A stretch of DNA of 64,000 bases, taken from sequence record KF055347; one strand, 5' to 3'. How positions within the stretch are numbered: the stretch's first letter is position 1; every line of letters starts with the position of its first letter. This DNA is from Escherichia phage JH2. This document shows positions 27,934 to 37,728 of this stretch, piece after piece. The notes beneath the pieces were generated by a model. The model did no database searches, was not told the DNA's origin, and worked only from the letters and a program-made list of their open reading frames with translations. Made by a program: the position numbers and the translations under genes.

Positions 27934-28171
27934 TTGGACTCCTTAAAAATCTGTTAACCTTTAGCTCTCGTGTTTCAATATATTCCAGATGCTCACGTAA
28001 CTCTTGACGTTTGAGCATTAGGTGCTGCATTTGAGATTCAACAGCTTCAACTTCTTTAATTATTGACTCTCTGGCATTTGCAAGAATGCGCTCAAGTTCT
28101 TCAATCTTGCTGTCAACCTTTGCTACATGACTCACAGCTTTACTTTTGTTAAACATTTTATTCTCTCTCAA
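27926..28171 (-). CDS. hypothetical coiled-coil protein
   Basis: 81-aa charged helical ORF. Confidence 0.4.
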   Translation of the reverse strand: MRENKMFNKSKAVSHVAKVDSKIEELERILANARESIIKEVEAVESQMQHLMLKRQELREHLEYIETRELKVNRFLRSPNV

Positions 28172-28177
28172 TAGTTA

Positions 28178-28675
28178 TCAAGCACAGTTTGCTTTCATTA
28201 CCTTATGGATTCTTCTTTCAGCATCTTCATAAGTTTCTTTAGTGATAAACTTAATTGCTGCAATGTTGGCATTGTAGAAGAGTCTGAGCTTAGAGTCAAT
28301 CCTTTTTGTCATTACATCGAATTTATGTTGGAGGTTTGCTTCACCATAAACTAGACCACCTTTCGTGTAGTAGGTTTGGATAATGTAAAAGTCAAAAAAT
28401 TCTTTTCCAAAGCTCTCAATATCTTTTTTAACATACTCAGAAGAAGTCTCATAAGTCATCCAATCACTCTCCTTAGTGACTACCTTCTTCCGAGTCTTGC
28501 CAGCAACTTTTCTTTTGGTCACGCTATTAAACTGTTTCTTTCCTATATAATATTGTCCGGTTTTCTTACAGTATACTAAATAGACAAAACCAAAATGTTT
28601 AGTGGGGTCAACTTCCCCACATAAAGATACCCAATGACCATAGGTAGGACAATTGCCAAATCCTTTAATCTTCAT
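28178..28675 (-). CDS. GIY-YIG nuclease-domain protein
   Basis: 165 aa; FGFVYLVYCKKTGQYYIGKK matches the GIY-YIG motif. Confidence 0.6.
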   Translation of the reverse strand: MKIKGFGNCPTYGHWVSLCGEVDPTKHFGFVYLVYCKKTGQYYIGKKQFNSVTKRKVAGKTRKKVVTKESDWMTYETSSEYVKKDIESFGKEFFDFYIIQTYYTKGGLVYGEANLQHKFDVMTKRIDSKLRLFYNANIAAIKFITKETYEDAERRIHKVMKANCA

Positions 28676-29705
28676 TCATACACGGCTCCCAATTATATTT
28701 CTTAAAAGAGAAATTATCTTTTGGATTTCTCTCTTGATATGCTACCCAGAAATGCTGCTCCATTAACTCTAATGGTGTTTTTGTAACAGTCTGTCCATCC
28801 CATGATACATAGGTATAAGACTCTTTTTTAGCATAGAGTTCATATATAGCGTCAAGACACTCTTTATAGGTCTCTTTACCATCTAAAGCATTCACCACAG
28901 CTACTTTTCCAGCACCTTTAAGGCCGAAGTAGTTGTCTGCATTATCTCCAGCAACAGCCTGATAACACAAGAATTTAAAACCTACACCAACTGTTTTTGC
29001 AGCTTTTGGTTTTGATTTGATAGGACAATCCCAGATATCACCAACATTATTATCAGCGATAAAAATTAGTGGTGATTTTTCATAAGTCATATCAATACAA
29101 TAGGTTCCTTCAGCTTGTCGAAGGTCTTTGTCAATACTCATAAGAGCAGCTTTCTTACCCATCTTTTCAGCTTTAGCAATTACGATGGAATCGGCTTCGA
29201 AGCCTCCCTTTAAGAGCTTGAACTCTGGTCTGGATAAAAGATATTCACGACAAGCGACTAAGTGTGTTGGTGTGACAGCATCTTTACGGTTACCTTGATA
29301 TTGGTGCTCAAGACCTTTAATGTCTTTATGTTTATGCACACCCTTCTCTGTTAAGTAACCTACCCAAGTTCTTTCTTTACCAACAACCTTAAGCCATTCC
29401 TGAAGAACCTGCTGAGTAGCCATGATAGCTTCTTTTTCACTCTTAGCTTCTTTCCAAGTCTGCCTTTCCCATTCATCTTCATCAAATGTTAGACCAAGCT
29501 CTTCCACAAAGATTCTCTGGTCTGCTAACCATCTTGCAGCATCTTTTGCATTATCAAATGGTTCAGATTCTTCTGCTGTGAGTTTATTGACGTATTTATA
29601 TTTTGCTTTCTCAACTACACAAGCACCTTTATAGGCAATACTGTCAGAGTCAATAAAGACATGTGTAACTGAATCGGGAAGTTTTGTTAGTGTATACTTC
29701 TCCAT
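28665..29705 (-). CDS. putative 5-prime-to-3-prime exonuclease / flap endonuclease
   Basis: 346 aa; acidic N-terminal VFIDSDSIAYK region; position among replication genes. Confidence 0.45.
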   Translation of the reverse strand: MEKYTLTKLPDSVTHVFIDSDSIAYKGACVVEKAKYKYVNKLTAEESEPFDNAKDAARWLADQRIFVEELGLTFDEDEWERQTWKEAKSEKEAIMATQQVLQEWLKVVGKERTWVGYLTEKGVHKHKDIKGLEHQYQGNRKDAVTPTHLVACREYLLSRPEFKLLKGGFEADSIVIAKAEKMGKKAALMSIDKDLRQAEGTYCIDMTYEKSPLIFIADNNVGDIWDCPIKSKPKAAKTVGVGFKFLCYQAVAGDNADNYFGLKGAGKVAVVNALDGKETYKECLDAIYELYAKKESYTYVSWDGQTVTKTPLELMEQHFWVAYQERNPKDNFSFKKYNWEPCMNED

Positions 29706-29767
29706 TGTGACTCTCCATATGAAAAAGCCCCATACTAAGTACAGGGCTTTAAAGTAACTTTTAGAGA

Positions 29768-30625
29768 TTAGTCTTCTGTATCGAAGTCTTCATCTTCTTC
29801 GTCATCTGGGTCTGGCAAGTCTTCATCGTCACCATCATCAGAATCATTAGAAGGTTTGTGGTCTTTTGCGTCTTCTTCAGTGATTTCACCGTTATCTTCA
29901 ACACCATCAAGACCAAGCATAGCCAGTTCGTCTTCATCCAGTTCAGGTTCACCGTTAGCACCGTTACCACCAGTGTAAGGTACAAGGGTATCAATGATAA
30001 ACTGTTCCTGAATAGGTTTTGTCAGAACATTGTTCTCAAAAGTGTAGAAGTGAGTAGAAAGAATCACACTACCAAAAGAACCGTTACCGACTGCAATATC
30101 TGGATGAATTACATCATAGTTCTTGTCATCTTCATGTTTGTCAGATGCTTGAGCTTTGATTTTCTTCATCGGCTGTTTAACAGCTACACGCTTACCATTT
30201 ACTTCTTCAATCAGCATTACAGGGAATGACTGTTTAGCTGTCCACACAGCACCATCTTTATAAGCTGCTGCACGACTTACTTTCAAGATGTGGTAAGTGT
30301 CTGCTTCAAATGGTGGTTTGCAACCAAACTTCTCTTCGAAGTCATCTGCATCAACTGCTTCAGTAGTAACTTTATCCCAACCTTCTGGGTTTTTCTTAGA
30401 CTTAGTAAACTCTTTAAACAGCTTGTTACCATCCTCTGCCAGAATTGAAACACTGTAGTTACAATCTTTTCCTGGGAATTTCTTATCAATGGATTTACCT
30501 TTTGCCGGACGTGGTGAAGTGTTCAGGTAATAAAACCAAACATCTTTCAGCAGGTAACGCAGAGTTTGACGTTCAGTACCATTGTACTTCTCTACCGGGG
30601 CTTTCATTTTAACAACTTTAGACAT
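29768..30625 (-). CDS. single-stranded DNA-binding protein, T7 gp2.5-like
   Basis: 285 aa; long acidic C-terminal tail ..DDEEDEDFDTED typical of gp2.5-type SSB. Confidence 0.6.
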   Translation of the reverse strand: MSKVVKMKAPVEKYNGTERQTLRYLLKDVWFYYLNTSPRPAKGKSIDKKFPGKDCNYSVSILAEDGNKLFKEFTKSKKNPEGWDKVTTEAVDADDFEEKFGCKPPFEADTYHILKVSRAAAYKDGAVWTAKQSFPVMLIEEVNGKRVAVKQPMKKIKAQASDKHEDDKNYDVIHPDIAVGNGSFGSVILSTHFYTFENNVLTKPIQEQFIIDTLVPYTGGNGANGEPELDEDELAMLGLDGVEDNGEITEEDAKDHKPSNDSDDGDDEDLPDPDDEEDEDFDTED

Positions 30626-30697
30626 TATTTAAACCTCTATCTCAATTTATGAAGAGTACCAATTCTAATTTGTTGATACTCTATTGTCAAACATTAA

Positions 30698-30847
30698 TTA
30701 CTGGAAGTTGTGCTTATCTTTAGAAGCTGCTTTACGTGCAGTTTTTCCAGTTCTTACACGCTTCTCTTCATAGTATTTTGCTGGTTTACCAGCAGTGGCT
30801 TTTAAGGAATCCCCAAAAACTTTTTCAAATGCTTTAGAGTGTTTCAT
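30698..30847 (-). CDS. small basic protein (not in ORF track, under 60 aa)
   Basis: hand translation MKHSKAFEKVFGDSLKATAGKPAKYYEEKRVRTGKTARKAASKDKHNFQ; GGAGA RBS; start overlaps upstream stop as ATGA. Confidence 0.3.
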   Translation of the reverse strand: MKHSKAFEKVFGDSLKATAGKPAKYYEEKRVRTGKTARKAASKDKHNFQ

Positions 30848-31137
30848 GATATTCTCCGATATACTTGATATTCAAACCCATTTTCTTTAATTATAAACAG
30901 CCAACTAATATTATGCTGAGGCAGTGTAATGATGACTGTAATCGTGCTTTGGTAGAAATCTTCTTTTATCTCAACTTCTCCATTGCATTTCATGAGGAGC
31001 ATTCTATAGAACCTATCAACCTTTGTCAAACACTCTTCATGAAATTTATTTAAACTTTTTTCTTCAAAGAAGGGTGTGAACCCCTCTCTTTTATAACTGT
31101 CACTCAGTTTCAAATGGGCAGTCATCTGCATCCTCAC
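30844..31137 (-). CDS. hypothetical protein
   Basis: 97-aa ORF; 38-nt overlap with the primase-helicase 3-prime end. Confidence 0.4.
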   Translation of the reverse strand: MRMQMTAHLKLSDSYKREGFTPFFEEKSLNKFHEECLTKVDRFYRMLLMKCNGEVEIKEDFYQSTITVIITLPQHNISWLFIIKENGFEYQVYRRIS

Positions 31138-33091
31138 TTAATACGGGTGGAATCGTTGAGCTTTGACGCTGTTCTTCAGTATAGACTTCACCAGTCTCAC
31201 GGTCAAACACTTCATCCTCATAATGAGGTAAAGAGTCATCATAATGGTCTTCAGCTTCACCAATGCCAAACTGTTGGCGAATATTTTCTGCTGCGCCATC
31301 AATGTCAACACCACATCCCGAAGCTTTGATGAGGCGTCCTGTGTCTGGATTGTACCAAGTATGACCAGCGATACCTGTTGACTTACCATGACGACGACAC
31401 TTAGTTAACTTGATTTTTGTCAAGTTTTTCTTAACAGGGTCTGGGTCAACCTTGTTACGCATTAACAGAATGTTATTCATAGAAATCTGGAAATACGCAC
31501 CAGAACCCTTAATATCCTCTTCAGAAATATCCCCACCTTCAGAGTTAGCTTTCTGACCACCTGCACTCTTACGAACGTGACAGACGTTCACCTGTGCATA
31601 CTGGTAGCGTTTGCAACGACGCAATAGCTCAGACAAAACTTCCTCTTCATCCGTATCTGAGCGTGACAGAGCCAACGTGATAGGGTCAAGAATGATAATC
31701 TTACAGTCTAAACTGTTAACAAGATAGTCAACAAACTCCAGCAAATTATCTTGGTCAATTGCCCCTTGATGGTCAACGATATGTATACGACGGCCTTTAG
31801 ACAGTTCTGCGTGTGCTTCCTTCAATTCATCCCAATCTCGTTCATCATAAGGAATCTCAGAAATCTGCTTGCTCAGGTGAATTGCACAGAGCATCTCCAT
31901 CAACTCTTCATAGGTATCTTCAACTGGAATTACACCAATATTGTAATCGGTTTCCTTCCAAGCAGTGTAAATCATTTCACGGGTATATGCTGATTTACCT
32001 ACTGAAGATGGTGCTGCCAGAGTTGTAATCTCACCTAAACCATAACCACCATAAGTCAACCTGTTCAAATCCCCGAAAGATTCTGGGAAAGGAATCAATG
32101 GAATCTGACCACGATTCTTCATTGCCTCAAAACCATCTGCGAAGTTCTTGATACCAGCAGGGCAGTAACGAGGTGCGTTGTAGATACGCTGTTTAAATCC
32201 TTCCAGAACTGTGTCTTTCTCTTTATAGAACTTTGTCCACCATTCGTTAAGGTCTTTTACGCCTTCTGGATACTGGAATAAACGAACCTTCTCAATAGGT
32301 AGTATGCCAGCCGCCTCTTTGGTAGCTTTAGCACCTGCTTCATCGTTATCAAAGCACAAGTAAATCTCATCAAATGATGTGATGTACTGATAGTTGTCTT
32401 TGATGGACTTAATGTTTGCACCTGATGGAACAGATACGTGACAGTAATTCTTACGACGAGACTTATCTTTAATCGCCAAAGAAGTCATGTAGATAGCTGT
32501 CGCACATTCCATCTCACCTTCCCAGATGAACAGTCGGTTCCCACCTTCTGGAGCAATCCATGAACCGAACATTGCCAGTTCACCTTTAATATCTCCAACA
32601 CCACCTGAAAAGTCTTTTAACTTACCACGTAGGTGTTCTTTTGGATGGTCTTCTGGGTAACGGTGACGAACACGATAACCAACATGTTCTAGCTTGCCAT
32701 CTTCATTACGCTTGTAAGTCGGATAGAAATGTGCATCAATTTCACCGTCACTATCAATATCAACCTTGATACCTAAACGTTCAAGGACTTTTGCAGGAAT
32801 CTTCCTATCTTTCAAGTCCATTGCTTCTAGGTTTTCTTTTACATCGTCTAAATCCATTCCACGGAAAGTACGGTTTTTATTATCTGAACCAGTAGAATAA
32901 GTGCTCACGATTTGTCCTTTATCAAAATCCCACTCTGGGAAACCTTTGTTACAACTAAAGCAAGTCATCGAATAAGAATCATCGTCATGATGGTAGATTG
33001 AACCAGCATCTGATGAACCACAACGTGGACATGCACAATGACCAATAAACTGACCAGCCTCTTTCAATTTACGACCTTTAGACATTAGCAC
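31100..33091 (-). CDS. DNA primase-helicase, T7 gp4-like
   Basis: 663 aa; N-terminal zinc ribbon CACPRCG...CFSCN; helicase Walker A GLGEITTLAAPSSVGKS. Confidence 0.8.
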   Translation of the reverse strand: MLMSKGRKLKEAGQFIGHCACPRCGSSDAGSIYHHDDDSYSMTCFSCNKGFPEWDFDKGQIVSTYSTGSDNKNRTFRGMDLDDVKENLEAMDLKDRKIPAKVLERLGIKVDIDSDGEIDAHFYPTYKRNEDGKLEHVGYRVRHRYPEDHPKEHLRGKLKDFSGGVGDIKGELAMFGSWIAPEGGNRLFIWEGEMECATAIYMTSLAIKDKSRRKNYCHVSVPSGANIKSIKDNYQYITSFDEIYLCFDNDEAGAKATKEAAGILPIEKVRLFQYPEGVKDLNEWWTKFYKEKDTVLEGFKQRIYNAPRYCPAGIKNFADGFEAMKNRGQIPLIPFPESFGDLNRLTYGGYGLGEITTLAAPSSVGKSAYTREMIYTAWKETDYNIGVIPVEDTYEELMEMLCAIHLSKQISEIPYDERDWDELKEAHAELSKGRRIHIVDHQGAIDQDNLLEFVDYLVNSLDCKIIILDPITLALSRSDTDEEEVLSELLRRCKRYQYAQVNVCHVRKSAGGQKANSEGGDISEEDIKGSGAYFQISMNNILLMRNKVDPDPVKKNLTKIKLTKCRRHGKSTGIAGHTWYNPDTGRLIKASGCGVDIDGAAENIRQQFGIGEAEDHYDDSLPHYEDEVFDRETGEVYTEEQRQSSTIPPVLSEDADDCPFETE

Positions 33092-33278
33092 CTCTTCGTT
33101 GTAGTTCTGCCTTCAATCCGTTTTCAATCTTGTCCAGTTCATGAATTTCATCTGCAATCTCTTTCCTTCGTGATTCAACTCTCTTAAGACGTTCAATCAT
33201 TACCTCATTGGAAAGAGATGAGAGTTCCACTAAACGATGGTCAATAACTTTAAAATTATCTTTTACTCTCATCTTCAT
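33078..33278 (-). CDS. hypothetical coiled-coil protein
   Basis: 66-aa ORF. Confidence 0.4.
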   Translation of the reverse strand: MKMRVKDNFKVIDHRLVELSSLSNEVMIERLKRVESRRKEIADEIHELDKIENGLKAELQRRGANV

Positions 33279-33286
33279 CCTCTCTT

Positions 33287-34045
33287 TTAAATTTTCAGGA
33301 TAGCTCTTAGCTTGCTTTCAAGGTCTTCAAGAGTACCATTATTCTGAATAATGTCACGCGCATATTTGGTAGAAATTCCATTTTCTGAAACATGTGATGA
33401 AACCTTGTCCACATTGTCTCTTTTTACTTCAATAGTCTGGTGTGCAAATCTACTCAGCCACTCAGCTTCAGAGTCAAACCTTAAGTCACTGATTAAAACA
33501 ACACCTTCTTGATTCCTAAGTGAGCAAACGTCAAAGAAATTTGCCATTCGTTTTTCTAGGTCTTTAGCCCAGAACTTGTCACCCATAACTTTACGGATAA
33601 CTTCAGTACCCCAAATCTGTTGAATTTGCCTTGATGAGAATTTATACTTTTTACCAAATCCCAGACGTGTTAATAGAGTTGGTTTAGCAACCCTCTTAAG
33701 TTCCATGATTAATCGTCCGGTTAACTCAGACATAAGCTTAAAGTCCATATGGTAACGTTCATCTCTGAAGGTGAACTCCATAGCTTCCGTAACTTTACTC
33801 ATAAGTTCAGGGTATGATAAATCAAAAACCTGTGGGGTCTCTTTAGTTTCTCCGTAAAGGTCATTCCATGTCAAGTCAAATATCTTTGATGCAGATAGCT
33901 TAAGATTGTCTGCATAAGCCATTACTGCAACATTGTAGCCATACTCATCTTCTAAGATATTCTTAACAATAGAACATGAGGTGTCTTTTCCAGAACGTGC
34001 CTTTCCAGTAAATGCAATAATACTACTCATTCTATTTCCCTTCAT
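33287..34045 (-). CDS. deoxynucleoside monophosphate kinase-like protein
   Basis: 252 aa; P-loop IIAFTGKARSGKDT at the N-terminus. Confidence 0.6.
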   Translation of the reverse strand: MKGNRMSSIIAFTGKARSGKDTSCSIVKNILEDEYGYNVAVMAYADNLKLSASKIFDLTWNDLYGETKETPQVFDLSYPELMSKVTEAMEFTFRDERYHMDFKLMSELTGRLIMELKRVAKPTLLTRLGFGKKYKFSSRQIQQIWGTEVIRKVMGDKFWAKDLEKRMANFFDVCSLRNQEGVVLISDLRFDSEAEWLSRFAHQTIEVKRDNVDKVSSHVSENGISTKYARDIIQNNGTLEDLESKLRAILKI

Positions 34046-34091
34046 TACTAAAAAGCCCCCAACTAAGGAGGCTTGTAAGGTTTATAAAGAC

Positions 34092-34904
34092 TTAGTGCAG
34101 TTGGCCACTGGTAATCTGTGAATGCTCTTTTTCAGCCATAGCTGAGATTTGCTTCACAAAATCATCACCGAAGTTAATGCGTAGCTTCTCTTCAATGATT
34201 GAAGCGCCAATGTTTACCAAAACATCATTGATTGCTTGCATACTTACACCGCCAGTCATCTCCTCAACGAACTCAATGGTTACCCCCAACATCTGAGAAA
34301 GTTGGATTAGTGCAACGATATTCATCATTGTAGAGATAGCTGGAATCATCAGAGCAACCTTCACCTGTAGTGGTTCTACATCAGCTACAGAGTCATCTTT
34401 CACAGCTTCTTCTAAAGAGTCTTTAGTTTGCTGGATAATCTCTTGGATTCGTGGGTTTAACTCTTCTACACCCCAATCAAGTTTTTCATATCGTGACAGC
34501 TTCTCTTCCATTCGCTTCTCAAGAGCAGCCATAACAGAACTTGTTGATGAAATTATCATGGAAACTAACTCATTATCACCTAATGAGAGTAACAAGTCCT
34601 TTTCTTCAGAGTTAAGGGAGATATAGTCATTTTTCTGCATCTCATAAAAAATGAACTCTGCAAGAGCATCAACACCTACAACGATAGATGCTAAGGCAAG
34701 TGTTTTGTCAGACAGCATCATATTAACCTGTTCTGCAAAAGCACCGTTATCAGACTTATCTTTAGGCAAGTTATAGCTTGCAGGCATAAACTGCTCTGTG
34801 TAGTTGTTTCCACGAAGAATCATAGCCATGCTTTCTACGGCATTGATTAAGAAAGCTTCGTCAACACCTTTTTCTTTAAGCATCTGGTCTACAGTAGTAT
34901 TCAT
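34092..34904 (-). CDS. hypothetical protein
   Basis: 270-aa ORF. Confidence 0.5.
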   Translation of the reverse strand: MNTTVDQMLKEKGVDEAFLINAVESMAMILRGNNYTEQFMPASYNLPKDKSDNGAFAEQVNMMLSDKTLALASIVVGVDALAEFIFYEMQKNDYISLNSEEKDLLLSLGDNELVSMIISSTSSVMAALEKRMEEKLSRYEKLDWGVEELNPRIQEIIQQTKDSLEEAVKDDSVADVEPLQVKVALMIPAISTMMNIVALIQLSQMLGVTIEFVEEMTGGVSMQAINDVLVNIGASIIEEKLRINFGDDFVKQISAMAEKEHSQITSGQLH

Positions 34905-34905
34905 A

Positions 34906-35328
34906 TTATTTCTCTCTCAGTTGGTTAAGTTTCTTTCTAGAACATTTTAAGTTTTCAGATGAAGAAAAGTCAAGCGTCTTTTCAGAACGTGGATAGTAAT
35001 GTCTATCCCAAGAAGTTTCAACATCGTTAATCAGTGACGCTAGACTACACAGGTCTGTACCACTTTGCAACCTCTTTTTAAGAGAATCTAGTAAAGCAAC
35101 TGTGTCTTTAGCTTTACGTCTCGCTGTAGCAACATCTTTCATATGCTCAAATACAGAGCATTTTAAGTCATCTTCGTAGTTTTCAGACAACTCTATTTCA
35201 TGTTGTATATCAACCATTCTCCTGTGATGGTGAGCATATTCCCGTTGAGCAGCAATGTCAAGTTCTTCCAACTTCTGCAAAGCCCTAACAAAGTCAGCTA
35301 TGTCTGGGTGAACAAACATTTTCTGCAT
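34906..35328 (-). CDS. hypothetical protein
   Basis: 140-aa ORF; last gene before the divergent intergenic region. Confidence 0.5.
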   Translation of the reverse strand: MQKMFVHPDIADFVRALQKLEELDIAAQREYAHHHRRMVDIQHEIELSENYEDDLKCSVFEHMKDVATARRKAKDTVALLDSLKKRLQSGTDLCSLASLINDVETSWDRHYYPRSEKTLDFSSSENLKCSRKKLNQLREK

Positions 35329-35585
35329 GTAAGCCTCTTTTAAGTAACTATTAAGTTTTAATCTTTTATCTTAACGTATTCTATACGTTATACTTTAAAG
35401 CTTTTTAAAAGCTATTAAATAATCTTTTAAGAGTTTTAAAGTATCTGTATAGTTAAACTGTTAAGTAACCTTTTAAGTAAAAACCCACTTCGCAAAGATT
35501 AACACCTTGTCAAGTACATTGTCAACTTGCTTTTTATAATTTTTTGCAGTAATGTATGTGGTTAATGATTTTAGAGGGAGTAAAA
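35329..35585. promoter_or_regulatory. divergent AT-rich intergenic control region
   Basis: 257 bp between divergent gene blocks; repeated CTTTTAAG motifs, duplicated TTGTCAA, TATAAT hexamer; GAGGGAG RBS before the polymerase start. Confidence 0.45.
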
Positions 35586-37728
35586 ATGGAAAACGTAGAT
35601 TTTAAAAACTTACATTTAGTTGGCGATACAGAAACTGATGGTTTACTCCTTGAGTTCACTAAAGTGCACGTAATGGCTTTCGCAGACTATAAATCTGACG
35701 ATGAAGAGCCACCTGTATGGGTCTTTACAGATGAGCCTATCCTCGGCCACAAGTATACCAAGTACATTAAAGGTGGTTTGCGTGAAGGTGTCGAGTTTGC
35801 GTTAAAGGCAAAACGGCTTTGCATCCATAATGGTCTGGGGTATGACTGGTGGGTTTTCAATCACATTGCACCTGATTTGTGGAACTTTGATAATCCAAAG
35901 TGTAAACCGTGGAGTAATTTCTTTCAGGATTCTCTTATCCAGTCTCGTGTTCAGTGGATGGATAGACCAACTCCAAAGGGTTATAAAGGTGCTCATGGTT
36001 TGGCTGCATGGGGTGCTCGTGTTGGTGTACGTAAACCAGAGATTGAACATTGGGGTGTGTGGAATGCAGAAATCTTCACTCGTGTTGTAGAAGATATCCG
36101 TATTAACGCCAAAACTAAACGTGCACTGGATAATGAATATCTCAAGCTGAAGAAGTGTGGCGTAGATACTTATGAAACCTACATGCGAGCTAAAGAAACA
36201 TCTTTCTGGATGAGTCAACAAGCTATCAATGGTTGGAAAGCTGATAAAGAACTTATGGAGTTCCATGTAAAGGAACTTGACAAGTTGACTAATGAGCTTG
36301 CTTCAGAAGTTGAACCACATCTTCCTCCAACTATTAAGACCAAAGGTAAAGTCACTGGAGAAGAGTTTGCAAAAGCTTGGAATGAGTATGTTGAAGCATT
36401 CGGTCATGCAGATGGACTGAAGAGAATTACCAAGTACCCTAAGACAAAGTATCGTCAGCAGGTACGTAACGGTGAGATGCAGACATATGAAATTAAGCCA
36501 TTTGGTAAGCCAACTACAAAGATTTTTAACATTGAAAAGCGGAATTGCTATACACCAACCAACTCTGTAACTGGTGAAGAGTACAAGGAAGGTTTTGTAG
36601 CAATGAAGGATGCTCGTGCAATTTGCAATGAGTTGAATGCAAAGATTGGTAAGAAATGCAAAGACTGGAAGCCAGTAAAAACAGTTAAAACTGTGAAGTA
36701 CTATAACAGTCATGTTGTGAACCACTTTGAGCTTGAGTCAAGTCGCTACACAGGTTTGATTGATGCACCATATACACCAATTGAGTTTGAAGTTTCTCGA
36801 ATGACTCAGGTGGCTGTTGTGAAGGACTACTTGAAATCAGTTGGTTGGATTCCTGATGACTGGAACTATAAGAAAGACTCTGATGGTCGTCCTGTTAAGG
36901 TTTGTCGTTTCAAAGACAACAAAAAGATGATTACCAAACATCCTAAATGGGATGAGATGGTTGAACGGTGCGGTTTGAGTTATGTTGAACATGAAGGTGT
37001 ACAGTACATTGAGCATAACTGGTCTGTTAAGAAGTACACAGATTTGCTTGAACCTTGCTTAATCCGTACTTCACCAAAACTTACTGAATCATCTTATGAT
37101 ACGATTGAAGGTGAGCTTGGGCAGAAGATTGCAAAATACTATACCTTGATGCACAGACGCAGAACTATTGAGAACTCAAAGGATGATGAAAAAGGTTGGT
37201 TAAACCAGATTCGTCCTGATGGTCGCCTTAGTGCTGGTGCAATGGTGTTTGGTACTTCAACTGGACGTATGACACAATATGGTATTGTAAACGTACCGTC
37301 TGGCGCTGCTGTCTATGGAGCACCCATGAGGGAAGTTTGGACTTGTGAAGAGGGTACTAATATTGTTTCAGCCGACATGAATAGCGCCCAACTTGTGCTG
37401 CTGTGTAACTTTATGGGTGATAAAGATTTCACTAAAGCGGTGACAGAGGGTAAAGAAGAGGTTGAGTTTGTCAAACAAGAGGATGGTAGATACTATTGCA
37501 AACATTTTAACCAGTATCTAAACCCAGCTATTGACAAGTATTTACATTATGATTCTGAAAATGACTTATACGTGGTGTACTCAGGGACTGATGCACATAC
37601 TTTAAACAGTATCTACTTCAGCCTTAATAAAGAGGAAGACATCTTGACATGTCGAGCTACTCAGGATGCAAATCTTCTTCAAGAAATTAGTAAAGGCCGT
37701 AAGAAAGCCAAAAATGGCATTTATGCGT
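35586..37728 (+). CDS. DNA polymerase family A, exon 1 (3-prime-5-prime exonuclease plus polymerase through first half of motif B)
   Basis: Exo I motif LVGDTETDGL; ends ..RKKAKNGIY inside motif B; start moved to ATG 35586 with RBS. Confidence 0.75.

Noticed and set aside
35556-35585. Longest-ORF start of the DNA polymerase at 35556
   Set aside because: The ATG at 35586 is preceded by a GAGGGAG Shine-Dalgarno at proper spacing, whereas 35556 has none; the shorter start is preferred.
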